Shown here in pieces: positions 8,351 to 18,134 of a DNA stretch of 64,000 nucleotides; position 1 is the stretch's first letter; every line of letters starts with the position of its first letter. Under the pieces are notes generated by a model. It was not told the DNA's origin and did not search any database. It was given only the letters and a program-made list of their open reading frames with translations. Source of the DNA: Chamaesiphon sp. (GTDB taxonomy: Bacteria; Cyanobacteriota; Cyanobacteriia; Cyanobacteriales; Chamaesiphonaceae); contig CBDFFH010000038.1 of NCBI GenBank assembly GCA_965246715.1, forward strand, positions 1 through 64,000, read 5' to 3'. The position numbers and the translations under genes are program-made.

Positions 8351-10732
8351 ATGCAGCTACCCAGAGTTCGGTCAGACAACCTCACTACTACCCAGTCCGA
8401 AATCATCGCGCAGTGGCGGCAAGGATTGCGCCAAGGACAGCAAACGTTAGCAGATTGGCAATCTGGGTCGCTGGCAGTATCGGCAGTGCCTGGAGCGGGA
8501 AAATCGCATAGTATGGCAGTAGCCGCAGCGATCGTTATTGCTAGAGAAAAATTACACCAACGCCATCAGTTAGTTATCGTGACGCTAACGCGATCGGCAG
8601 CAGCAAATATCAAAGATAAAATTAAAAAGTGCCTGCAAGAACTGGGTTTACCCCCGATCGGTTATAGCGTCAACACGATTCACAGTCTGGCTTTAAGTGT
8701 TGCCACTAAGCATCCAGAGTTATCGAAATTGGATTTGACAGATCGCACTTTGGTGATGCCCTCAGCCAACCACAAACTGATCGAGCAAACCGTCCAGCTG
8801 TGGCTAAGCCGTCATCCTCAAAGTTATCTCAAGTTGTTGGAAGGGGAAAGTTTCGATGGTGAGGAAACCGAACGACTGCGCCGTCAATCGGTGCTGCGGA
8901 CGGAAGTGCTACCCAGCTTGGCATTTACCGCCGTGCGCGAGGCCAAAAGCTCCGGCTTGTCACCAGCTGAATTGTGGGAGGTGGCAAAAATCCACCCAGA
9001 TCCTTACGATATTTTGAGCGTCGCCGCTGGACTCTATCAGGCTTATCAGGAACTGTTGGAGAGCGGTGGATACTTAGACTATGATGAGATGATTGCTGGG
9101 GCGCTACGGGCGATGCAAGACCCGACTGCGCGGCGATTGTGGCAGCAACAGGTTTTTGCCGTATTTGAGGATGAAGCACAAGATTCTAGTCCATTGCAAG
9201 AAAAATTATTACGCCAATTGGCGGAGATCCCCGATCGACCCGATCTTTTGCCCAATCTGATTCGCGTCGGCGACCCCAACCAAGCGATCAATTCGACCTT
9301 TACCCCTGCCGATCCAAAATATTTTCGCGAATTTTGTCAATTTTGTGGTGAGATCGAGCGGTTAGAAAAAATGGAACAAGCCGGACGTAGTACGCAGCTA
9401 GTGATGACTGCGGCAAATTTTGTGTTGGAGTGGGGGAATAGCTGGCTAAAATCTCCTAGCAACAGATCTAGTTCTGAATCCGGTCAGAGCAAAGATCTAC
9501 CCCACCCTACGGGTAACGCTTCTGGAAGGGGACTAATCGCAATCGGACAGGATAGTAGTGAGGCAGTGTTTTGGTTGCAAACGATTCGGGCTGTCTCTGC
9601 GGGAGATGCTCAGCCGAATCCACAGCCAGAAGGGAGGGGAGTAGAACTACATACTCCTAGTGATGTCTACGCATCTGTAATTGCGATCGAGCAGCGATTG
9701 ACTGGTTTATTTGCGGCCGATCCGACAGCCAACGCCGCGATTTTAGTGCGGGAAAATCGACAGGCAAAGTTCATACTCGACAGGTTGGCCCAATGGCAGC
9801 GCGCGCATCCAGAGATTAAACTCTTTGAAGCAGGTGAAGGAGATCGAACTTCAAAAATTCCGCGCGAAATCCTGACTTTATTCCAGTTTATGACGCGCCC
9901 ACATTCTCCTGAGTATCTTAAGGCGGCGCTAAAAATTTTATTGGAGCGGAAACTAATTGAAGCTCAAGATCTCGATGCACTAGCAGTATTACCCGAACAG
10001 TTTCTCTATCCGAGTATTCTAGAACTGCCACAAACTCCAGCAATCGCCAGAGCGCGCGAAATTTGCTGTGAATTATTGCGATCGCGATTGACCTTACCAC
10101 ATTTTCAACTGATTAGTTATTTGGGCGATCGCTTGGGCTATCAATCTTCAGAATTAGCCACAGCTGATAAATTAGCTGATCGGTTGGCACTGCAAACATA
10201 CGGACGCAGTTCGATCTATACGGCGATCGAAGTACTCCAGGAAATCGTGACAACTGAAGGCTTTGAAAATATCGATGATGGTGCGGAGTCACGTTACACG
10301 GCTTCGGGGCAAGTGACGATTATTACGATGCACAAATCGAAGGGATTAGACTGGGATTATGTGTTTATTCCCTTTTTGCACGATCGTATCCCAGGGCAAT
10401 TATGGACACCACAAGGCGCAAAATTTTTGGGCGATTATACGTTAGCAGAAGTTGCCCGTGCCAAAATCCGCGCGCATCTCCACCACCAAGATTTACCGAC
10501 ATCTCAAGCTGCTTGGGAATTAGCAAATTATCTCAAGCAAGGTGAGGATTTACGGTTATTATATGTAGCGATGACTAGAGCGAAGAAATTATTATGGTTG
10601 GCAGCAGAACGCGAAGCACCTTTTGCCTGGAACCGCTTTAATTGGCAACAAGGCGATCGATTGCAGTCCAGTAATCCCTCGCCATTATTTACTGCGCTAT
10701 GTCAAAAATTTCCCAAATTCAAGCATCCGTAG
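8351..10732 (+). CDS. UvrD/REP-family ATP-dependent helicase
   Basis: AVPGAGKS, DEAQD, VGDPNQAI, TMHKSKGLDWD, LLYVAMTRAK; start set at ATG 8351 because the longer ORF overlaps wzc. Confidence 0.9.
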   Translation: MQLPRVRSDNLTTTQSEIIAQWRQGLRQGQQTLADWQSGSLAVSAVPGAGKSHSMAVAAAIVIAREKLHQRHQLVIVTLTRSAAANIKDKIKKCLQELGLPPIGYSVNTIHSLALSVATKHPELSKLDLTDRTLVMPSANHKLIEQTVQLWLSRHPQSYLKLLEGESFDGEETERLRRQSVLRTEVLPSLAFTAVREAKSSGLSPAELWEVAKIHPDPYDILSVAAGLYQAYQELLESGGYLDYDEMIAGALRAMQDPTARRLWQQQVFAVFEDEAQDSSPLQEKLLRQLAEIPDRPDLLPNLIRVGDPNQAINSTFTPADPKYFREFCQFCGEIERLEKMEQAGRSTQLVMTAANFVLEWGNSWLKSPSNRSSSESGQSKDLPHPTGNASGRGLIAIGQDSSEAVFWLQTIRAVSAGDAQPNPQPEGRGVELHTPSDVYASVIAIEQRLTGLFAADPTANAAILVRENRQAKFILDRLAQWQRAHPEIKLFEAGEGDRTSKIPREILTLFQFMTRPHSPEYLKAALKILLERKLIEAQDLDALAVLPEQFLYPSILELPQTPAIARAREICCELLRSRLTLPHFQLISYLGDRLGYQSSELATADKLADRLALQTYGRSSIYTAIEVLQEIVTTEGFENIDDGAESRYTASGQVTIITMHKSKGLDWDYVFIPFLHDRIPGQLWTPQGAKFLGDYTLAEVARAKIRAHLHHQDLPTSQAAWELANYLKQGEDLRLLYVAMTRAKKLLWLAAEREAPFAWNRFNWQQGDRLQSSNPSPLFTALCQKFPKFKHP

Positions 10733-10874
10733 TGGGGATTTTATGCGGTAGATCGTGACGTAGCAAGAGATGTAATTCAAAACCCGCCCTTATTGAGATC
10801 GGAGTCAATCCTTAAATCTTTGAATCGGGCATAAAATATAGATGACAGACACGATCGAAAAAGAGGTTGAGTAA

Positions 10875-11324
10875 GTGGGGCACTACAGGGGCGGATTGCC
10901 TAAGACAATCAAAGTCGAGCGAGCAAGAGCTTTCCTCGATGCTGGCGATTCAGTAGCGGCATTGCGAATACTTGCTGGCAGTGGTGGCACTTATCGTTAC
11001 GATGTCGATTTTTATGAGCTGTTCGGTTGCGTATTACTTAGGTGCGGTGAGATCGATAATGCTGGTCGGTTTTTGTTCTTGTCAGGAGTAAGACGACCTG
11101 AATATGAATCTGCGATTAATAGCTTCTTATCCAAAAACAGCGATCCCAATAACTTCCGCCAATTACAATCGCACTTGACGAGAGCAGCAAGCGTGATGTG
11201 GAAGCTCAAGCAATTCCCGCCAACTGTGGCTCTAGAACTGCGTGCATTAGGTTGGCCGGAAGACACGCAAGCAGCGATCGTTGCCCGCGAACACGCATTT
11301 TTAAATAAAAAGACTACTGATTAA
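10875..11324 (+). CDS. Hypothetical helical (TPR-like) protein
   Basis: 149-aa ORF with upstream AGAGG; helical-repeat-like N-terminus. Confidence 0.7.
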   Translation: MGHYRGGLPKTIKVERARAFLDAGDSVAALRILAGSGGTYRYDVDFYELFGCVLLRCGEIDNAGRFLFLSGVRRPEYESAINSFLSKNSDPNNFRQLQSHLTRAASVMWKLKQFPPTVALELRALGWPEDTQAAIVAREHAFLNKKTTD

Positions 11325-11370
11325 GTATTACCCGCTTTGAATGCGGAAGATTGGATCGAGAAGCGAGCTG

Positions 11371-11457
11371 AAGGTTGGGTCGAACAAACGTGAAACCGTA
11401 TATTCATACGATCGATTGGTGTATGTGTTGGGTTTCGCTTCACTCAACCCAACCTAC
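11371..11457. repeat. REP-like inverted repeat pair
   Basis: AGGTTGGGTCGA ... TCAACCCAACCT arms; internal GTTGGGTT...AACCCAAC hairpin. Confidence 0.65.
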
Positions 11458-11463
11458 AAAATC

Positions 11464-11508
11464 TATTCACTGTTCACTATTCATTGTTCACTGTTCACTA
11501 TTCACTAT
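11464..11508 (+). repeat. STRR-type heptamer tandem repeat (TGTTCAC/TATTCAC)
   Basis: About 6 imperfect 7-nt units upstream of recF; the reverse complement recurs at about 35290-35307. Confidence 0.8.
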
Positions 11509-11520
11509 CCCTAACTTCAG

Positions 11521-12627
11521 GTGTATTTAAATCGTCTCCATCTGCGTAACTTTCGGAATTATCGAGACCGGGAAATTAATTTTTCTGCACCGAAGACGAT
11601 TTTGCTCGGCGATAACGCTCAAGGTAAATCTAACCTACTCGAAGCCGTAGAATTATTATCTACCCTCCGCAGTCATCGAGTAACACGAGATCGCGATTTA
11701 GTTTTGGAAGGAGAAACCGAGAGTAAAATTACCGCCCAATTGACGCGAAAGTATGGCGCGATCGATCTCGCGCTGACATTGAGAGAAAAAGGACGCAGAA
11801 CGGCAAATATCAATCAGGAAAATGTCAAGCGACAGTTAGACTTTTTGGGCATATTAAACGCGGTAGGATTTTCATCTTTAGATCTCGAACTAGTACGCGG
11901 CAATCCCGAAACTCGTAGGCAATGGCTCGATTCATTACTGTTTCAAATCGAACCGATCTACGCGCATATTTTACATGAATACCAGCGAGTCCTCAAACAG
12001 CGCAACAGTTTGCTCAAGCAGTCCGAGCACCGCGCGTTAGATCCAGCAGAATTAGACCTGTGGAATCATCAATTAATAACTACAGGGACGAAAGTAATTC
12101 GCCGTCGCGCGCGGATTCTCGATCGCTTAGCCCCGATCGCCCAAATGTGGCATACTAAAATCAGTAAAGAGACCGAACGGTTAGAGATTACTTATAAGCC
12201 AAATGTTGATGGGATGGAGCATACTCCAGAAGCAATTTATCTAGCATTTGTCGATCGATTGCAGTTACGTCATGCTGCGGAACAAAGTTTAGGCAATACC
12301 CTCGTCGGGCCGCATCGCGATGAGATCGAATTAACAATTAATCATACTCCAGCCAAAGCTTATGGCTCTCAGGGACAGCAACGCACACTAGTATTAGCAC
12401 TCAAATTAGCCGAGCTAGAACTGATCGAACAAATAGTCGGCGAACCACCATTATTACTACTCGATGATGTCTTAGCCGAACTCGATCTCACCCGTCAGGA
12501 TCGCCTCTTGAGCGTTATCGAAGATCGGTTTCAAACGCTAATTACCACTACTCATCTTGGAGCTTTTGATGCTAAATGGTTGGATTCGTCGCAAATCTTA
12601 CACGTGCAATCGGGTGGCATCTGTTGA
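11521..12627 (+). CDS. recF: DNA replication/repair protein RecF
   Basis: NFRNY, GDNAQGKSN, GSQGQQR, LLLDDVLAELD. Confidence 0.97.
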   Translation: MYLNRLHLRNFRNYRDREINFSAPKTILLGDNAQGKSNLLEAVELLSTLRSHRVTRDRDLVLEGETESKITAQLTRKYGAIDLALTLREKGRRTANINQENVKRQLDFLGILNAVGFSSLDLELVRGNPETRRQWLDSLLFQIEPIYAHILHEYQRVLKQRNSLLKQSEHRALDPAELDLWNHQLITTGTKVIRRRARILDRLAPIAQMWHTKISKETERLEITYKPNVDGMEHTPEAIYLAFVDRLQLRHAAEQSLGNTLVGPHRDEIELTINHTPAKAYGSQGQQRTLVLALKLAELELIEQIVGEPPLLLLDDVLAELDLTRQDRLLSVIEDRFQTLITTTHLGAFDAKWLDSSQILHVQSGGIC

Positions 12628-13132
12628 ACGGGCGATCGTCAGCGCGACTTTACCAGTAAAATCGATATCTAGCAGCGATCTAGATTACGACAGAAAGAGC
12701 GATCGAGGGCAAAAAGTGTTTGTCGATAAAATCAGCGCTAAAATTTGGTTGAGAACGTGCTTTGATAAGAGTGACATAATTGCGTTATGAAATAATTAGG
12801 ACAGTCTCAAAGCACATACATCTTGTAAAAACTAGAGTAAACTCAGCTGCTGCAATCGTTAGGTTGTAGTAGTTGCGCGTTTTAGCTAGGTCAAAATGCT
12901 CAACATTGCCTAACCCACTGTCGGATCCTAAATCTAACTAGTTAAGATTGCGGTTAGAGACAAGTATCAATTGTTACGTCGATAGCATAATTTCGATTAC
13001 CTCCGGTACGCTACTCGAACGAGCGAAGATTTTCAGGGGAGCACACTTTTCTCCGCAAGGAGAGGCTTCTGCCATAGCAGAAGTTACTTGTATTTAAAAA
13101 CTTTATAGCTAAATTTTTGCTGGTGTGACCCT

Positions 13133-14221
13133 ATGGCGAACATAAATTATCTCTCCGAGCGAGATCCCCATCTTACAACCCAAGAACTAGAAATTGTTGG
13201 ATATTTTGCCCAGGGTCAAAAGCATTCAATCTCAAGTAAAAACTTAAAATTAGAATTTACAGAAACCTCGATTCGGTTGAGTAATGCTAATGGTAAATTG
13301 ATCGGAATTGCCAAACAAACAAATGAATGGCAACGGAAAGTTTTGATTACGAACGAATCTCCATATCGCGATCGAATCGTCGATATTTTGCTAGCAAGAG
13401 GTTACATCACTCGTCAAAAGTCATCGCATCCTGATTTTACCGAATATCATTACTATCGAGTTCCGAAAGGTTATCAGCTTCACTACACTGAAACCATTCA
13501 ACTGTGGAGAGCTTGGTGGCATAATAAACGCGATCGATTAAACGTGCCAAATTCATCGATCGACATGCCAATTTTCACTAAAGGTAATTGGTTTCCGGTG
13601 CAAGATTTACAACCCAAGCAGGGTAATTTTGCGATTCAAACGGCAATCGGTGCGATTAGCTTTGCACCAGAAGATTATATCGTCTGGCTAGATCGGATCG
13701 GGTCGAATCCAGTGAAACCATTGGTGCCAACCGAGTCAACTCCGCAAGTTAGCGCGAGCACTGTAACTGAAGCTAGTCGCGTGCTCGATCCTAGTGCACG
13801 GGTCGAGTCACCAGGATCGGCAGAAGATCTCGATTTGGAGTCATATTTAAATACATTCAATACCGAAGATACTGCCGATATCGATCGCATTGAAGGAATT
13901 TATAACATTGGTGAACTGCTTAGCAGTGCGAATAGTGGCGAAGACCTGGTGCCGACAGTGACAGCCAATGCGATCCCCGAGACTGCACCAACGCCAGTAC
14001 CGACTGCCAAGCCAACACCAGCTAAATCGCTTTCGCAGCAGCAACAATCGCTCAAACTCAAAGCGATCGATGTCCTTGCTAAATACTTGGAAGAAGGCGA
14101 TATCATTACGTTAACTGAAGTGCGCAAAAATGCTGAAGGTCGGGAGATCGAGCGGAAGGTCACCACGATCCAAAAAGGTTGTCCCAGTTGGGCGATCGCT
14201 CAAATTCAGAAACTCGACTAA
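13133..14221 (+). CDS. Hypothetical protein with low-complexity acidic/Pro-rich linker
   Basis: 362-aa ORF; no recognisable motif. Confidence 0.8.
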   Translation: MANINYLSERDPHLTTQELEIVGYFAQGQKHSISSKNLKLEFTETSIRLSNANGKLIGIAKQTNEWQRKVLITNESPYRDRIVDILLARGYITRQKSSHPDFTEYHYYRVPKGYQLHYTETIQLWRAWWHNKRDRLNVPNSSIDMPIFTKGNWFPVQDLQPKQGNFAIQTAIGAISFAPEDYIVWLDRIGSNPVKPLVPTESTPQVSASTVTEASRVLDPSARVESPGSAEDLDLESYLNTFNTEDTADIDRIEGIYNIGELLSSANSGEDLVPTVTANAIPETAPTPVPTAKPTPAKSLSQQQQSLKLKAIDVLAKYLEEGDIITLTEVRKNAEGREIERKVTTIQKGCPSWAIAQIQKLD

Positions 14222-14449
14222 ATTTGATGACAGAATTTTAGTCAAAATCCCGATCCACTCCATCAATAGCATCGACTAATATATAAATAAGGTATTTCTG
14301 CCTCGACTTAGCAATCGTGTTCGACAGAGCCAACTGGCTATCCAGCTTAGAGTTTTTTGTTGCGACTCCGATGACATAGTAGTAGCAACTTAGTTCTAAG
14401 CTTATTCAACTTTTACATACTGGTTTGTATTAACGATCGCTAAAGTTAT

Positions 14450-16438
14450 ATGACTCTGTGTATCAATCCTAGCTGCAATCAGCCAATCAACTCTGACAAT
14501 CTACTGTTCTGCCAAAGTTGTGGTTCCGAACTGCTGCTGGGAGGTAAGTATCGGGTCGTGAAAGTATTGAGCAAAAAAGGCGGTTTCGCAAATACTTACG
14601 AAGTTACCGACCAACAAGAACCGAGAGTACTCAAAGTGCTCAAAAGTGAGAATCCGAAAGCGATCGAACTATTCGATCGCGAATTCCAAGTTCTCAGCAG
14701 TCTAAATTCTCGTGGTATTCCCCAAGTTTACGACTTGTTTCTCTACTATCCGCGCAACTCGCAACAAGCACTCCACTGCTTGTCGATGGAAAAAATTGAG
14801 GGGATCGACCTCGAAGAATACATTAAAGTTTTAGATCGACCGATCGACCAAAAGACGGCAATTAATTGGCTGGGACAATTAACCCAACTCCTCGAACAAA
14901 TCCATAGTCGGGGGATTTTTCATCGCGATATCAAACCTTCCAATATCATTCTCCAGCCCGATGGTCAGCTAGTCTTAATCGACTTTGGGGCAGTCAAACA
15001 GTCAGCAAATACTCAGGGGCAATTTACCTGTATTTATACCCCCGGTTACGCAGCTGCCGAACAAGAACGTGGTATCGTCACGCCACAGTCGGATTTTTTC
15101 TCGCTCGGCCGGACTTTTGTATATTTATTGACGGCAAAAGAACCTATCGATCTGTACGCTGCTTATAGCGATCGCCTGGAGTGGCGTGACAAGACGAAAA
15201 ATGTCGCGCCAGAGGTACTAAACTTAATCGATCGCTTGATGGAAGTCGATCCCCAGCAACGTCCGACTACGACGGCTACGATCTTGCACGAAATTGCCGC
15301 TTTACCCACCCAAAAGAGTAGCTTGGGTCAAAATCAGCAATCGCCATCCCCACAATCTAAGCAAATAACGGTATTATCGGCTAAAAAGTCGTCTTGGCGT
15401 TTCCCCATCTGGTTATTGCCGTTACTCGGTTTGGGGCTACTGTCGATCGGGGCATATTTTCTTAAGGATCGCCTATTTCCGGGCACGCCAGCTACCACCG
15501 GACAATATTTTAGTGGGATTACAGATGTCCCTACTGGCGAATTTAAGTTTGGCGGGAGCACGACTTGGGCGACGACACGCCAGTCACAATCCTCCCTAGA
15601 TGCGGCAATTCAAGGCGCGCTGCCACAATTTAGATTAGTGTATACCGATCCCGACCCGACAAAGATCCAATCGATCGCCGATGGTAAGTGTCCGAATAAA
15701 CCAGGTTCCAATACGGGCATTTGTATGTTGATTGCTGGAGATTTGGACTTCGCACAGTCTTCAGTATCTTTAGAAAAGTCTAAATATGCCGATCGGATCG
15801 AAGAAAATCGGCTCCAAGAAATTCCAGTTGCTTACGATGCCTTAACGATCGTCGTCAATCCACAACTCAATATTTCCGGCTTGACAATCCAACAGTTACG
15901 CGATATTTACACCGGAACCGTGACAAATTGGAATCAAGTGGGCGGGCCAAATTTACCGATCGTGGCTTTTTCTCGCGATCTATCTGCGGGTGGTACAGTT
16001 TCCACTTTTCAAGACTTAGTTTTAGGCAAAGATAGTAAGATAAATTTTAATTTCGTGCGGACTGTCACTAGTCCCCAGGCAGGTTTACAGCAGACAAAAG
16101 CCAATCCAGGTGGTATTTTCTACGGTTCTGCCAAAGAAACGATCGTCGATTTTTGCGATACTAAACCTTTACCGATCGGGAATAGTGGTAATAATCTCAT
16201 CCCACCATACAAAGCACCCTTGCGATCGCCAAGTGCTTGCCAAAAAGGTCAACGAAATCAAATTAATCCCGAAACTATTAAAACTCAGCAGTATCCACTC
16301 ACGCGTAAAATCTATGCAATCTATAAAGCGGATGGTGCTAATAGTCAAAAAGCTGGGGAAGCTTACGCGCATCTGTTACTAACAGAACAAGGACAAAATT
16401 TACTTGAAAAAGCTGGTTTTGTCAGTATCAACCACTAA
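14450..16438 (+). CDS. Ser/Thr protein kinase (4-Cys prefix) with TM helix and PstS-like substrate-binding domain
   Basis: CINPSC...CQSCG, HRDIKPSN, DFG, TPGYAAAEQ; TM helix; GGSTT, AYDAL, VTNWNQVGG and YPLTR typical of the PBP/PstS fold. Confidence 0.92.
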   Translation: MTLCINPSCNQPINSDNLLFCQSCGSELLLGGKYRVVKVLSKKGGFANTYEVTDQQEPRVLKVLKSENPKAIELFDREFQVLSSLNSRGIPQVYDLFLYYPRNSQQALHCLSMEKIEGIDLEEYIKVLDRPIDQKTAINWLGQLTQLLEQIHSRGIFHRDIKPSNIILQPDGQLVLIDFGAVKQSANTQGQFTCIYTPGYAAAEQERGIVTPQSDFFSLGRTFVYLLTAKEPIDLYAAYSDRLEWRDKTKNVAPEVLNLIDRLMEVDPQQRPTTTATILHEIAALPTQKSSLGQNQQSPSPQSKQITVLSAKKSSWRFPIWLLPLLGLGLLSIGAYFLKDRLFPGTPATTGQYFSGITDVPTGEFKFGGSTTWATTRQSQSSLDAAIQGALPQFRLVYTDPDPTKIQSIADGKCPNKPGSNTGICMLIAGDLDFAQSSVSLEKSKYADRIEENRLQEIPVAYDALTIVVNPQLNISGLTIQQLRDIYTGTVTNWNQVGGPNLPIVAFSRDLSAGGTVSTFQDLVLGKDSKINFNFVRTVTSPQAGLQQTKANPGGIFYGSAKETIVDFCDTKPLPIGNSGNNLIPPYKAPLRSPSACQKGQRNQINPETIKTQQYPLTRKIYAIYKADGANSQKAGEAYAHLLLTEQGQNLLEKAGFVSINH

Positions 16439-16443
16439 ATTCA

Positions 16444-16531
16444 GGCGTTGCTGAATTGCGGTATGAATTGCCCCTACTCTAGATTTCAGGGTTTGGCTTT
16501 AAAATAAATCATCCCCGGATTCAGCAACGCC
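16444..16531. mobile_element. 88-bp MITE with IS-like terminal inverted repeats
   Basis: AGGCGTTGCTGAAT (16443-16456) and ATTCAGCAACGCCT (16519-16532) form a perfect 14-bp IR that extends imperfectly; no coding capacity. Confidence 0.7.
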
Positions 16532-16557
16532 TAAATGCGATCCGAGAGACGATCGAA

Positions 16558-17673
16558 TTATGAGCGCGGAAATAATCGCTCTCCCGTACTCGGGTCGAAA
16601 ATAAATAGCCGATCTAGATCCAATCCGACTATCAACCGATCGCCAGCGCATCCCTGCCAATCAGCAGGCGCGAGTAGATCTAGATCGGTCGTGGTGCCGT
16701 GAATTCGAGCTTTGAGCTGAGTTTCGCGACCGAGCGGTTCGATAACGACAACTGTAGCAGCCAAGCCTTCTGGGGCAGAATTGGGGACGATGTCGAGATA
16801 TTCGGGACGAATGCCGAGATTTAGTCCCCGTCCATCTCGGAGTTGTAATTGGGCGGCTAGTGCTGTGGGACAGGACAGCCGACTAGCGCCAATGTGCCAA
16901 TTGCCAGCTTGATAAATCGCTGGGATGATATTCATCGGTGGCGTACCGATAAAAGTTGCCACCATTTGATTGGCTGGCAGGTCATAAATTATTTGAGGTG
17001 TAGCGATTTGTTGGATGCAGCCGCGATCGAGCACGACGATCCGATCGGCTAGTGTCATTGCTTCGACTCGATCGTGAGTGACATAAATCGTCGTAATTTT
17101 CACCTGTTGGTGCAGTTGCTTGAGTTCGGTGCGCGTAGCATCGCGCAATCCAGCATCGAGATTCGAGAGTGGTTCGTCCAATAAGAATACTTGTGGCGAT
17201 CTCGCGATCGCTCGCCCCAATGCCACCCGTTGCTGTTGTCCGCCAGATAACTGACTGGGCTTGCGATCGAGCAACAAATCGAGTTGTAGCAATTTCGCAA
17301 CATCCACCACTCGCTGCTTGACGATCGATTTTTCGGCACCGCGCATCTGCAAGCCAAATCCCAAATTTTCAGCTACCGTCATATGGGGATAAAGCGCATA
17401 ATTTTGAAATACCATCGCCACATCGCGATCCCGAGCAGGGACTTGGTTTACCAAGCGATCGCCGATATACAAGTTACCGCTGGTCGCCGATTCCAACCCC
17501 GCAATAATCCTCAGCAAAGTTGATTTGCCACATCCCGATGGCCCGACTAGCACCCAAAATTCACCATTGGGAATCTCGAACGTAATATCATCGATCCCGA
17601 TAAAGCGATTTTCTTTTTGTGCAGTTGGACTGGGAAACCGCCGACCGATCCGTTCGAGTTTGACACTAGACAT
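16558..17673 (-). CDS. Sugar ABC transporter ATP-binding protein (MalK/UgpC family)
   Basis: GPSGCGKST, VFQNYALYPH, LSGGQQQR, LDEPLSNLD, C-terminal TOBE region. Confidence 0.95.
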   Translation of the reverse strand: MSSVKLERIGRRFPSPTAQKENRFIGIDDITFEIPNGEFWVLVGPSGCGKSTLLRIIAGLESATSGNLYIGDRLVNQVPARDRDVAMVFQNYALYPHMTVAENLGFGLQMRGAEKSIVKQRVVDVAKLLQLDLLLDRKPSQLSGGQQQRVALGRAIARSPQVFLLDEPLSNLDAGLRDATRTELKQLHQQVKITTIYVTHDRVEAMTLADRIVVLDRGCIQQIATPQIIYDLPANQMVATFIGTPPMNIIPAIYQAGNWHIGASRLSCPTALAAQLQLRDGRGLNLGIRPEYLDIVPNSAPEGLAATVVVIEPLGRETQLKARIHGTTTDLDLLAPADWQGCAGDRLIVGLDLDRLFIFDPSTGERLFPRS

Positions 17674-17930
17674 AATTAGCGATTGCTGGCGCAGATGGCA
17701 AGCCGTTCGAGTGTGGTTTAAAGTTAATTTCTATCGTCTCACATCAGATTGCAAGTGGAGCTAATCCTCGATCGAAAATAAAGTATCTGTAGTGGATCGA
17801 CAATCGATCGGGCTGACGACGATGACTCAGACTGCTAAGACAGCAGCAAAAACGCCGATAAGTGAAGAAATCAAATTTACGTCAACTCGCTCGATCTCAA
17901 ACCCGATCGAGTTAACGTTGGTAAAAATTT

Positions 17931-17939
17931 GGGAACACT
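17931..17939 (+). promoter_or_regulatory. Putative SigJ/SigF-type extended -10 box
   Basis: GGGAACACT about 200 bp upstream of the 18135 cluster; resembles the Nostoc SigJ consensus GGGaAtacT. Confidence 0.4.
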
Positions 17940-18134
17940 ATGCAGGTAAGTGTTTCGTTACATAGATTGTACTTCACATCAGATGTGAGCGATGTTTGCA
18001 ACATCAAGATCGGGATCGATCCCACTAGATCTACATCTGCATATTTTATCGTCTGGATTTAGGCCACTACTAAGCCGATCTAAATTTTGACTAAAAATAA
18101 TCAGAGTTTTTTGGTCGCTCCATATTAATTACTA

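Noticed and set aside
11464..11508. Possible CRISPR-like repeats
   Set aside because: Contiguous heptamers with no spacers (STRR); no cas genes in the window
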